Under the pieces are notes generated by a model. It saw only the letters and a program-made list of their open reading frames with translations. It did no database searches and was not told where the DNA came from. Positions 38,594 through 51,549 of a stretch of DNA of 64,000 nt are shown here, piece by piece; the first letter of the stretch is position 1; every line of letters starts with the position of its first letter. The stretch is from Octopus bimaculoides (taxonomy: Eukaryota), in NCBI RefSeq assembly GCF_001194135.2, contig NC_069003.1, positions 5,091,723 through 5,155,722 on the forward strand, in the 5' to 3' direction. A program made the translations under genes and the position numbers.

Positions 38594-40815
38594 AATTAAC
38601 AAAAACATAATAATTAACATAAAATTATGAACTGGTATTGAGTACGTTAGCTTGTACGTTCAGCTTGTGAGCTTTCTTATTCTCACTCTCACTCTCTCCT
38701 GATCTCTCCCTCTTTCAATTCCTCTCCTTGTCACTACCTCCTCCTCCACTTCCTCTTCCTTCTGCTCCTTCAGAAGTTTCGCCTATTTTGGTGCAACTCA
38801 GATAAACCTGACCGGCGGCAGTCCTATGCTCGTATATTTTCTTTTGCTTTTTGTGGAAGAGACGCGCCTCGCTGGTCCGAAGATCTATCTGCTGCGAGCA
38901 GCCTGCCTCCAGCGGCCTCGACATGACTAGTCACTGCTTCATATGTAAGAAATAAGTTTTCAATATCGCAAGGGGGACTACGATCTCGTAAAATAACTTG
39001 GACCAAGATGAAAAAGAATGGCTCAATCGAGAAAATATCAGAAGTGCATTGTGACTAGCAGTGTACAACAACATCTTATCGTCTGGTCGATATTTTGATA
39101 CAGTGATGGAACTCTTAATCTCCTTTGCATTTGATTTCTTTGCAATGTTACTTCATTGTAATGATTAATGGCACTGCATACAGCTATAGCTTATTTTTAC
39201 ATTGTTGTTGTGAAACAGCTGGTAAATTTGTGACTATTTAAGAAATAAATATTTCCTAATTAGAGAAAACAAAAAAAGGTCTGTCATATGGAACTTTACA
39301 TCAGTGCTATGCGGTGGTTTATACCATATTGTATTTCTTTTCCTATCATTTTTAAGTTGGTTGTTAATTTTGCTGTTGCGGAGCACTTAATTTTTTGATA
39401 TTTGTTGCATTTTAGTTTCTCGCTGTATTCTGTGAGAACACTACTCATCTTCCTCGTTTCTTCGCCTCTCTCTCTCTCTCTCTCTCTTTCTCCCTCTCTA
39501 TATATCTATATCTCTCTTTTCTCTCTTTCTTTCACACGCACACGCTGTCTCACAGACACACACGCACTGCACTTTTGCAAACAGTTCCCTCGGATAACCA
39601 TTTGCTTTTTGTCCAATTTCAAGATAATTGCATTGAAAAAACAAAATATCCAAGGAAAAGGGGGCAACGGAAAGGAAATACAAACATAATTTACAATTTG
39701 AAATTAAATAGTCTTTTATTTATATCTTTTTTTTATTTTACTTATTTAATTCGTTGCGAAAATTTCAACGTTTCTCGCAATAAGAGGTTTCATTCACACC
39801 AGCCATATGCAACCATCCTAATTTCATTCACATCGTTCAAATATCCCCACCCTCCCCTTCTTTTTGTATCTGACTCTCTCACTCTCTGTATGTCTTTCTC
39901 CTTCTCTCTCTTTTTCTCACTCACTCTCTCTCTCTCTCTCTCTCTCAGTCTCTATCTAATTAATTGACAGCAATTCACTGCTTCATGTTGCTCATATATG
40001 CTATTTGAGTGATGGTGGCTGCGTCGGTGGTGGTGGTGGTGGTTGCTGTGAGGGCAGTAGTAGTAGTGGTGACGACGGTGATGGTTGCAGAGGCGGCAGT
40101 AGGGGTGATGGTGATGGCGGTGGTGGTGGTAGTGGTGGTGATTGTGGTGTTGTTGTTGGTGGTGATGGTGACGTTAGTGATAGTAGTGGTGGTGGTGGTC
40201 GTCATCGTCGTCGTGGGGACGTTGATAGTGATGGTGACGTTGCTGGTGGTGGTGGTGTTGGTGGTGATGGCGGTGATGTTGCTTGTCGCGTTGACAGCGG
40301 TGGTATCGGGGATGGTAATAGTTGTTGTGGTNNNNNNNNNNNNNNNNNNNNNNNNNNNNNNNNNNNNNNNNNNNNNNNNNNNNNNNNNNNNNNNNNNNNN
40401 NNNNNNNNNNNNNNNNNNNNNNNNNNNNNNNNNNNNNNNNNNNNNNNNNNNNNNNNNNNNNNNNNNNNNNNNNNNNNNNNNNNNNNNNNNNNNNNNNNNN
40501 NNNNNNNNNNNNNNNNNNNNNNNNNNNNNNNNNNNNNNNNNNNNNNNNNNNNNNNNNNNNNNNNNNNNNNNNNNNNNNNNNNNNNNNNNNNNNNNNNNNN
40601 NNNNNNNNNNNNNNNNNNNNNNNNNNNNNNNNNNNNNNNNNNNNNNNNNNNNNNNNNNNNNCATGTGTGGGCATGTGTATTGCATGTGTAAGAGACAAAG
40701 TGAGCGATGAGAGCATACTCAGGAAGAATGTGTATATGTGTGTAAATGTGTTTATATATGTGTGTATGTATGAGTATGTCTATGTATATGTCGTGAAACG
40801 TGCGCGTGTGCGTGT

Positions 40816-40865
<50 letters not shown>

Positions 40866-41752
40866 ATCTGACAAGCGAGAGAGAGAAGAAGAGGGACAGA
40901 GACAAAGAGATAGCAGGAATAGATGAAGTGAGAGAGGAGGGGGTGAGGTGTGAGGTGATGTATGTGTGGTAGGCGACGTGTGAAATATCAACGTTGCGGT
41001 GATGCTATAAGGTGTGATGAGCAAGATAGTCTCTCAAGACAAGCCACTCACACTCTCATTGTCACTCTCGCTCTCACTCTCTCCTGATCTCTCCCTCTTC
41101 CTATTTCTCTCCCTGTCACTTCCTCCTCCTCTTCCTCCTCCTCCTCTTCCTCTCACCCATCATTAATCTCGTCCATTGATCCCGATTAGATCTATCAATG
41201 TCGTCTGGATTTTCTCTCGCTCATCGCTTATGTATGTGTTTACAAATTGGATTGTAGACCAATCCCACAGGAATATAGTTATGTATATACTGATGTGTAT
41301 GTATGTACGTATGTATACACACACACATAAACACACACGCACATATATATATACATATGTGAATGTTTCCATATATATACACACACGCATATATATATAT
41401 ATGTGTGTGTGTGTGTGTATTTGTACATACCTACATATATCAATGTATGTATAAATATATAAATAAATATCTCCGTTTATCAAATCCATATCCGCATATG
41501 CATATATGTATGTATATATACATGTATATATACATAAATACGTGCATGTACATATGCATATATATATATTATGTATATGTATATATATGTATATATATAT
41601 TGTGTATACATATATATATATATATATATATGTATACAAATATGTTTGTCACATATTTCAACTGCTAAAGTTACCGTGGAGCTACACTGCAGTTACCGTG
41701 GAGAAATTCCTCTCTTGTGGTAAGAGGTGTGAAAACACCTAGTTCATTCAGT

Positions 41753-41834
41753 GTTGCCATCTCTCGGGAATCTCAGACATCGATGTTTCGAGTTTATTGA
41801 CTCTTGTCGATGAGATGTACCTAAGAGAGGCAAC
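41753..41834 (-). ncRNA. Extended type I hammerhead ribozyme with variant core (U3-A8, C4)
   Basis: - strand: gttgcc-tctctt-agGTAC-atctca | TCGACAA | gagt-caataa-actc | GAAA | catcgatg-TC(cleave) | tgagat-TCCC-gagaga-t-ggcaac; all three helices pair and the triplet is GUC. Confidence 0.8.
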
Positions 41835-41994
41835 TCTGGACGAACTAAATAAAGATTGTAGCTTTTTCTATAATTCAGTCAACAATATTACTCATTCGTG
41901 TTTTGTGGATCACAGTTATGTCCATAGCTTTTATATTTTTCAGAACGTTTCTTATGGACGTTCTGAACAGTTCCATCTTCTTCAAACTTCCACA

Positions 41995-42027
41995 TAACTT
42001 AGCGGTTCGGTAAAAGAGAATCGATAC

Positions 42028-42063
<36 letters not shown>

Positions 42064-42084
42064 CAGATAGATAGATAGATAGAT

Positions 42085-42160
<76 letters not shown>
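41995..42160 (+). repeat. SINE family B fragment running into an expanded (GATA)n array
   Basis: cataacttagcggttcggtaaaagagaatcgata followed by (gata)n. Confidence 0.75.
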
Positions 42161-42385
42161 GCAGGGAGTTGTCTATATTGACAATCTACACCTGGATAGT
42201 TAAACTGCAATCTTTTCTGCGGCACTATTCGTGACGCACATGGGGTAATTTTGGGGAGAGATACGGAATTTGCTAGTCGATATAAATTTGGAGTTGCTGA
42301 TTTTACTTATGTGATATTTGATGTTGCATGGTCAAATATACATGGGTTTATTAGCATTTTCAAATTTATAATTTTGAATATGATG

Positions 42386-42431
42386 CTGAAGAGTGAAATG
42401 AATTTTTATAAAATTCTAATCACGAAACGTC
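42386..42431 (+). ncRNA. Hammerhead-like motif with long stem II and broken stem I
   Basis: CTGAAGA-gtga-aat-gaatttt-tat-aaaattc-taa-tcac-GAAA-CGTC. Confidence 0.45.
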
Positions 42432-43863
42432 GTACAGGATTAACTAACGGCAGGTTTGTTCTGTTTATTTTTCCTCTTTTATTCTATGTGAGCCATGAAT
42501 ATCGCTATCCGTTGGAGACTTAATTATAGTTAGAATTAGTAGTTTTAACTGTTATTTCTAAATTTTCAGTATGTTGGTGAAGCAACTTTTGCTGATCCCT
42601 ATATTATGTTTATATATATATATATATATATATGTAGATATGTATATACACAATGTGCATGCATACACACGCATACACACACGCATACACACACTCATAC
42701 ATACATATACAGGCACGCATACATATATGCTTATACATATGCACATGTAGCATTATATATTTATTTGATTTTATGTGCCTTCGTGTGGGTTTATAAGTGT
42801 ATATACAAGTATGTGAAAGTGTGTGTTTCTGTATCAAAGTGCATTTATGTATCCGTGTGCTCATGTATGTGTATGTGTTTGAGTGCTTCCAGTCTGTGTG
42901 TGTACGTATGTTTTATATGCCTGTATATACATGTGTGTGTGTACGTCTGTGTTTGAACAAGGCTGTGCATTGCAAAAGAAAAATGAATGTGTCGAGAGAA
43001 GAGAAAGAAACAAAATGAAGGTAAGAGGGGTTATTTTGGTTTTCCTTTTCTCTTTCTGTTTTTTTTTTCTTTTTCTTTTGATTGGCAAGAATGTAGCAAT
43101 TTGTGTGTGTAATGAAACAGAAGGCTGCAATAACGGAGATGGGCCTGTGTTGACATTGATAAGTTAAGTGACTGTCATCAGGCGATTAACTACGACAACT
43201 TGACAATATTGCTGGACGCCATTACTGAGCAGACGACACTCATTTTCTCTTCCCTCTTCCATTCCTACGCTTACCATTTCTCTATCTCTCTCCCTGTCCT
43301 TCTTCTCTCTTCTTTCTCTATCTCTTTCCCCTTCCTTCTTTCTCTCTTCTCTCAATTCTTTTCTCGTTTAGACATCATTCCGAATGTGTATTTCTTTCCC
43401 CTTGTTATTTATCTTTCCCTTTTGGTTTACTCTTTCTTTCTCCCTACTTTCTCTTTTCTCATACATTCTTACTCTTTATATTTTTCTCCTCTTCTCCTGA
43501 CTCTTTCTCTTGCTGTTCCTTACTCATTCTCCCTTTCATGCTTCTTTCTTTCCCTCTCTATCAACATTCTCTCTTTCTCTATCTCTATCTATCTATCATT
43601 ATTTATTTATTTATTCTTTCTTTCCATCTATCCATCTATCATCTATCTATCTATCATCTATCTATCTATATAACTATCCATCTATCCATCTGTCTATCTA
43701 TCGGTCTAAATATCTATCTATCTATCTATATATATATATTTTTTTATTTTTATGACGTTGACCACTAACGTGGACATTTAATGTGCTAGAAATAGATCAC
43801 ATCTTGTGTCTAAAAAGACCTAAATTGTTCTCAATAATATAATAATAATAATTTAATAATAAT

Positions 43864-43898
<35 letters not shown>

Positions 43899-44417
43899 NN
43901 NNNNNNNNNNNNNNNNNNNNNNNNNNNNNNNNNNNNNNNNNNNNNNNNNNNNNNNNNNNNNNNNNNNNNNNNNNNNNNNNNNNNNNNNNNNNNNNNNNNN
44001 NNNNNNNNNNNNNNNNNNNNNNNNNNNNNNNNNNNNNNNNNNNNNNNNNNNNNNNNNNNNNNNNNNNNNNNNNNNNNNNNNNNNNNNNNNNNNNNNNNNN
44101 NNNNNNNNNNNNNNNNNNNNNNNNNNNNNNNNNNNNNNNNNNNNNNNNNNNNNNNNNNNNNNNNNNNNNNNNNNNNNNNNNNNNNNNNNNNNNNNNNNNN
44201 NNNNNNNNNNNNNNNNNNNNNNNNNNNNNNNNNNNNNNNNNNNNNNNNNNNNNNNNNNNNNNNNNNNNNNNNNNNNNNNNNNNNNNNNNNNNNNNNNNNN
44301 NNNNNNNNNNNNNNNNNNNNNNNNNNNNNNNNNNNNNNNNNNNNNNNNNNNNNNNNNNNNNNNNNNNNNNNNNNNNNNNNNNNNNNNNNNNNNNNNNNNN
44401 NNNNNNNNNNNNNNNNN

Positions 44418-44468
<51 letters not shown>

Positions 44469-44652
44469 CCTCACACATATATACCTATATACACACACAC
44501 ACACACACCGTATTTCTTTCAATGATATCGCAAGGATTTTCCTGCCTTTACTTTTCATTCATTTTTTTCCATAATGGAGCTATTTTCTTCAACAGATAAT
44601 TTTTTTTATTTGTTAAGTTACGCCTACATAACTACTTCTCTGTCTATCTATC

Positions 44653-44714
<62 letters not shown>

Positions 44715-45060
44715 ATCCATCTAGTCGTCTATCCGTTCGTCAATCTATCTCCGTGTCTATCAACCAGTCTATCTATCTGTATTTGTGAGTGTATGTATAT
44801 GGATGATGTTTCCACTTAATTCATTCTTTCATCATGTCATTCAGTATTTGTTCANNNNNNNNNNNNNNNNNNNNNNNNNNNNNNNNNNNNNNNNNNNNNN
44901 NNNNNNNNNNNNNNNNNNNNNNNNNNCACACATACTCAACACACATACATATGCATATATAGATATATCTGCTGGTGTATGTGGGTGAGTTGAACAAATG
45001 CCCCGTAACGTGATAAAGGAGTGTATTAAAGGGAAACAACAACTTTGAAATGCTAATAGA

Positions 45061-45320
45061 TGACTGGATCATCACCTGACTGACTGTCACCTGACTAGAT
45101 TGTCACCTGATTGATTGTCACGTGAGTATATTGTCACAAGACAGTGATATGAATTGTCATATGACTGTAGTGTCATGTAATTGTACTGTCACCTTATTTC
45201 ACTGTCAAATGACTGCACTGTCATAAGACTGTACTGTCGTATGACTGTCACATGACATGGTCATCACATGACTACACTGTCACACGACTGCACTGTCATT
45301 AATGGACTATCACGTGACCA
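45061..45320. repeat. About 16-bp minisatellite of palindromic GTCANNTGAC (E-box) units
   Basis: Units at 45071, 45086, 45102, 45117, 45133, 45156, 45172, 45188, 45204, 45220, 45237, 45247, 45263, 45279, 45295 and 45309. Confidence 0.85.
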
Positions 45321-45869
45321 GTTACAAAGAAAGAAAGGATAACGTGAAGTGTGAAAAAAACACGTTTACAAATTACGAAAAGGTTAAGCGACGTCATACA
45401 ATGTTTGCAAGGTCGTATTAAGAATATCAAAAGTACACATACACATAGACACGCACAAATGCATACAACTACATATACATATATATGTAGACACACACAT
45501 ATACACATACATACGTATATACACATGTATACATAGGCACATACATATATGCACGTATACATGTATACGCACATATTTGCGTAGAAATAATGAAAAATGT
45601 ACAATAAAACACAATAGTTAAAGCACGGTATGGATTAAAAAGGCAAGACAAGAAAGATGTTCTGACAATGCTGTGTTAAGGCGCTCCACGAATCTGTTCA
45701 CTTAACCATTTCCCAAGTTATGCTCCAGTGCAACCGAATGCACCAGTAAGCATTTTAAAGATATTTAGTGTTGAAAAATGCTAATCTTAAGAGCATTCAC
45801 CTTTATGTTTGATAATATCTTAAATTTAGTTTTACTAGTAATATATCTTTTGCATCTTTTTTATATTCT

Positions 45870-46130
45870 AACTTCTGAGGAAAGACCTTGGCACCACAAA
45901 AGCATAACTTTGTCTAGTAACTGTTTGTTTGATTTTCGAAGGACGGTAGACCTTAGGTCATTCTCGTTCTCTTCATTTTTTCTTTTAGTAATTTCCCTGA
46001 AAAAAGAGTTCGTTGTTGTTTACAAGAAATTCTTCTCCTCATTTTCGCTGTTTTATATCGAGTTTTCTTTTACAGCGATTTTTTTTCTCTTATTTCCTTT
46101 CGTATTTTCGCCGACTATAATTTTAACCTG
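45870..46130 (-). pseudogene. Possible decayed Tigger/pogo (CENP-B HTH) transposase fragment
   Basis: - strand ...LRSTVLRKSNKQLLDKVMLLWCQ resembles the (RK)..LDKAL.LW motif; weak. Confidence 0.25.
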
Positions 46131-46159
46131 TAATTAAATTTTTCTTCTTCATCCTAAAA

Positions 46160-46255
46160 TGAAGATGCAGTACAGCATTTGAGTTTCTGAGTTCAAATCC
46201 CACCGAAGTCAACTTACCTTTTCATCTCTCCGAGATCTATAAATTGACCACACTA
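46160..46255 (+). mobile_element. SINE family A fragment
   Basis: ttctgagttcaaatcccaccgaagtcaacttaccttttcatc core. Confidence 0.75.
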
Positions 46256-47110
46256 GTGGTCGAAGTGGCGGTGTTAGTGCTGGTGGTGGTTGTCGCAGTA
46301 GTGGCCCGTGTGGTGCTAGTGGTAGATAACGCTGTAGTGGCCTGAGAATGGCTGTGATAGTGGTATTTGTGATGAAAGAGGTTAAGGTTGCTGTTATGGT
46401 CATTGTTGTTGTTGCTGTTGTTGTTGTTGCTGCTGCTGTTGCTGCAAAGATGGTGGTGGTGGCGGCGGTGTTGGTAGTGGTAGTAGTAGTGGTGGTGGTG
46501 GTGGTGGTGGTGGTGGTGGTGAGGGTGGTGGTGATGGTGGTGGTGAGGGTGGTGGTGAGGGTGGTGGTGATGGTAGTGGTAGTGGTGGTGGCGGTAGTGA
46601 CGGTAGCGGTGGCAGTGACGGTAGCTGTAGCGGCGGCAGTGGTGGTGGTATTTGTTGGTAGTGGTAGTGATGTTGGTGGTGGGGGTAGTGGGGGTGACAC
46701 CAGCGGTGGCGGTGAAGGTGAAGGAGGTGGTAGTGGTGCCGTGGGGGTGACAGTGTTGGCGATATTGAATCAATTATAACTGTTGGTAATGATGCTCGTC
46801 ATTATTATAGTCACAATAGTTGCTGTTGTTGTTGTTGGTGGTGGAGTTTGCAGTTGTGGTAGTGGTGGTGGCGTTTGTGGTGGTGGTGGTGGTTATTGTT
46901 GTTGTGGTTAATGTGATTGTCGTTGTTGTTCTTTCGATCGTTGTTGTGGTCGTTCTACTTCATTCTTGCTGTCGTTTTCTCTCTCTCTCTCTCTCTTTCG
47001 TTATTAGTTCTAATTGTTGTTTTACTACTTTGCTCTTGTTGTTTTTGTCATTGTCGCTGTTTGTTCTAGTCCAAATTTATTGCTGTTGTTGTTGTTGTTG
47101 TAGTTGTTGC

Positions 47111-47148
<38 letters not shown>

Positions 47149-47150
47149 GT
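46255..47150. repeat. Degenerate (GGT/GTA/TGT)n trinucleotide arrays
   Basis: Direct reading. Confidence 0.9.
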
Positions 47151-47423
47151 TCACCATTTCTGATTTAATTGTTTCTTCTTATCAGTGTTTTTACGTCTCT
47201 AAGCAAACAGCAATTTAAATGGCGGTATTGTTTTGTGCTCTCTGAACGCACGGGCAGAGAGAGAGAGAGAGAAAGAGAGAGATGTGAGGCTGTTAGAGAC
47301 GAGGTGTTAGAGAGGAGGTGGGAGAGAGAGGTAGATAGAGAGCTAGGGAGAGAGAGAGAGTGAGCGGAAAGGAGAGCGGAGGAAAAGTGTCAAGAGATAG
47401 ACAGATTGCAGTACGTATATGAA

Positions 47424-47454
<31 letters not shown>

Positions 47455-48366
47455 TAGAAAAGTAGATCGACTGGCACAAACGAAGAGGTANNNNNNNNNN
47501 NNNNNNNNNNNNNNNNNNNNNNNNNNNNNNNNNNNNNNNNNNNNNNNNNNNNNNNNNNNNNNNNNNNNNNNNNNNNNNNNNNNNNNNNNNNNNNNNNNNN
47601 NNNNNNNNNNNNNNNNNNNNNNNNNNNNNNNNNNNNNNNNNNNNNNNNNNNNNNNNNNNNNNNNNNNNNNNNNNNNNNNNNNNNNNNNNNNNNNNNNNNN
47701 NNNNNNNNNNNNNNNNNNNNNNNNNNNNNNNNNNNNNNNNNNNNNNNNNNNNNNNNNNNNNNNNNNNNNNNNNNNNNNNNNNNNNNNNNNNNNNNNNNNN
47801 NNNNNNNNNNNNNNNNNNNNNNNNNNNNNNNNNNNNNNNNNNNNNNNNNNNNNNNNNNNNNNNNNNNNNNNNNNNNNNNNNNNNNNNNNNNNNNNNNNNN
47901 NNNNNNNNNNNNNNNNNNNNNNNNNNNNNNNNNNNNNNNNNNNNNNNNNNNNNNNNNNNNNNNNNNNNNNNNNNNNNNNNNNNNNNNNNNNNNNNNNNNN
48001 NNNNNNNNNNNNNNNNNNNNNNNNNNNNNNNNNNNNNNNNNNNNNNNNNNNNNNNNNNNNNNNNNNNNNNNNNNNNNNNNNNNNNNNNNNNNNNNNNNNN
48101 NNNNNNNNNNNNNNNNNNNNNNNNNNNNNNNNNNNNNNNNNNNNNNNNNNNNNNNNNNNNNNNNNNNNNNNNNNNNNNNNNNNNNNNNNNNNNNNNNNNN
48201 NNNNNNNNNNNNNNNNNNNNNNNNNNNNNNNNNNNNNNNNNNNNNNNNNNNNNNNNNNNNNNNNNNNNNNNNNNNNNNNNNNNNNNNNNNNNNNNNNNNN
48301 NNNNNNNNNNNNNNNNNNNNNNNNNNNNNNNNNNNNNNNNNNNNNNNNNNNNNNNNNNNNNNNNNN

Positions 48367-48408
<42 letters not shown>

Positions 48409-48530
48409 ATACGTATATATATATACATATGTATAGTTTGTGTATGTGTATAAGTACTGGCACATACATACAGACGCAATTATACACTGAAACATATACA
48501 ATTATACATATATAAACACACCCACACCCG

Positions 48531-48573
<43 letters not shown>

Positions 48574-48659
48574 GTACATATACACGCACACATATACGCA
48601 CACTTATATGCGTATATATATATATATATATATACACACACATATGTTAAGTATATATG

Positions 48660-48965
48660 TAAGGACGCAAGCGTGGCTCGGTGGTTAAAAAGTTCTCATC
48701 GCAAAAATGAAGTCTCGAGTTCAATCTCCAGCGTGGCAAAGATCTCTAATATAGCCTCGTGTTACCTTCAAGTCTTATGAATTGCACTTCTAATTCAAAG
48801 GGGCCAGCCTTGTCCCATTCTGTGTCACGCTGAATCTCTCTGAAACCTGCGTTAGGCGTACGCGTGTCTGTGGAGTGCTCAGCCACATGCATGTTAATTT
48901 CACGAGCAGGCTGTTCCGGTGATCGTATCGACTGAAACGCTCATGGTTATAACTGACGAAGAGCC
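48660..48965 (+). mobile_element. SINE family C
   Basis: gcgtggctcggtggttaaaa head; aaggggccagccttgtc...gtgtcacgctgaatctc...gttaatttcacgagcaggctgttcc body and tail. Confidence 0.85.
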
Positions 48966-51453
48966 TGGCCATTTACCAGCACTTTCTACAAGAACAATGT
49001 TCCTAGCCTTTGAGATTTGCTTAGCTGGAAGCCACTTCGCGATCATCCATCTGCTAGAAAGAGAAGCCAAATCTCTCTCATTGATATGCTGCATATTATA
49101 TACGAAAGAGCACATTGGATAATAAAGCCAGAGATATACTCAAGCCAATACGATGCAAGACTATATATCTTTTACCAAAGAATAAGTAAGAGCAACACCA
49201 AGAACTCTTGGTTCCAGTGCTTTGTGGTTTAATCTAAGAAGGAACTTTTGTCTCGAAGATCTACCCCAGACTGTAGAGAAAGAAATCCGACTCAAGACAG
49301 AGAAAGATTAAACCTCTCGGCAAATATCTCATCAAATGCATACGACAGTATGGAATTCGTTAAATACGGATTATGTTAAACCCGGAGATGGATTAAGGCA
49401 TTTACTACCCAGTACAATACACAGTCAATCTGATTTGCTTTCAACTAGTTTCCATTAACGCAGATGGATTCAAAAACACATTGATTAACTGTACGATATG
49501 GTTGTTCAAAGATACTTGCCTAAGATGAATCACAAAACATGTGAGCAGAAATAGCGGTGTAGTAGTTGAGAAGCAAGATTGTAAACTATACGACTGTGTG
49601 TGCCCTCCAGATTGCAATCAAGACCGTTTTACTTCTGGTACTGATTTTACCCTGGATATCACTGAAATATTCGAGTCTCCTGTTTAAATATTTGCTTCCA
49701 TATTTATATCTAACATAGCAATCTGCTATTTAATTGATGAATTGTGTTAATTAAGTTAATGCTCAATGGACAGTGATTATCATCTGGTCATCAATGCCAA
49801 ATCGATTCTGCCATCCCACCAAATATACGCATATTTCTGCATGAGTGTATATATATATATATNNNNNNNNNNNNNNNNNNNNNNNNNNNNNNNNNNNNNN
49901 NNNNNNNNNNNNNNNNNNNNNNNNNNNNNNNNNNNNNNNNNNNNNNNNNNNNNNNNNNNNNNNNNNNNNNNNNNNNNNNNNNNNNNNNNNNNNNNNNNNN
50001 NNNNNNNNNNNNNNNNNNNNNNNNNNNNNNNNNNNNNNNNNNNNNNNNNNNNNNNNNNNNNNNNNNNNNNNNNNNNNNNNNNNNNNNNNNNNNNNNNNNN
50101 NNNNNNNNNNNNNNNNNNNNNNNNNNNNNNNNNNNNNNNNNNNNNNNNNNNNNNNNNNNNNNNNNNNNNNNNNNNNNNNNNNNNNNNNNNNNNNNNNNNN
50201 NNNNNNNNNNNNNNNNNNNNNNNNNNNNNNNNNNNNNNNNNNNNNNNNNNNNNNNNNNNNNNNNNNNNNNNNNNNNNNNNNNNNNNNNNNNNNNNNNNNN
50301 NNNNNNNNNNNNNNNNNNNNNNNNNNNNNNNNNNNNNNNNNNNNNNNNNNNNNNNNNNNNNNNNNNNNNNNNNNNNNNNNNNNNNNNNNNNNNNNNNNNN
50401 NNNNNNNNNNNNNNNNNNNNNNNNNNNNNNNNNNNNNNNNNNNNNNNGGCAGCGGTAGTGGTGTTAGAACGATGGTGGATGAGGAGGCGGTGGTGGCGCC
50501 CGACCTGATAGTGGCGGTGGTGGTGGCGGTGGTTTTTCTATTGGTGGTGAGCTAAAGGTGGTTATGAGTGGTAGAGGTGCGGACGGAGTGGGGAATTGGA
50601 TGGGGGTGGGGGTGACAGAGCCGATCACGCGACCATCTTATTATTATTAGATTGAATCAAATCATGGAGGGGCGGTAAATCTGTAGACGGTAGAGGGAGC
50701 TAAAGTAGCGAGTGTTAAAAGCCTCGTTCTGAAGAGATAGCGCGATCACAGCGCACACCATTATTCAATTAAACGCGTTACACAGACAAACACGCACACG
50801 CGCGCACACAAACACACATATATACATACAAGGCAGCACATACATACATGCACACATGTATATATATACATACGTATACACACACACACATATACATACT
50901 TACATATGCATATACTGACACACGCCTGTATACATCGACAAACATACAAGTTTACTGTTATACAGATATTCACGTGTAATAGACACAAATGAACATACAC
51001 ACATGCATAAACAANNNNNNNNNNGTATACATCGACAAACATACAAGTTTACTGTTATACAGATATTCACGTGTAATAGACACAAATGAACATACACACA
51101 TGCATAAACAAGTATGTGTACATGTACATATGCATATAAATGCATGGTGACATACACATATAGACGATGAACGCGTGTATTTGCACGCACACACACATGC
51201 AGGCCCATACATGCACACACAACATTCAAACACATATATTTATGTTACGAACACATCAAAAACGGGTGTAAATATGTATGTNNNNNNNNNNTACACATAT
51301 AGACGATGAACGCGTGTATTTGCACGCACACACACATGCAGGCGCATACATGCACACACAACATTCAAACACACATATATTTATGTTACGAACACATCAA
51401 AAACGGGTGTAAATATGTATGTATGTATGTATGTATGTATATACATATACATT

Positions 51454-51549
<96 letters not shown>

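Noticed and set aside
43095-43167. Ly6/three-finger-like CVCNETEGCN motif
   Set aside because: The CVC derives from a (TG)n stretch, there is no GPI-signal-length tail, and no upstream Cys-rich exons were found
50929-51420. Apparent tandem duplications across 10-N gaps (also 19445-19632 and 23345-23447)
   Set aside because: Near-identical sequence on both sides of a fixed 10-N join is the signature of unmerged overlapping contig ends, i.e. an assembly artefact
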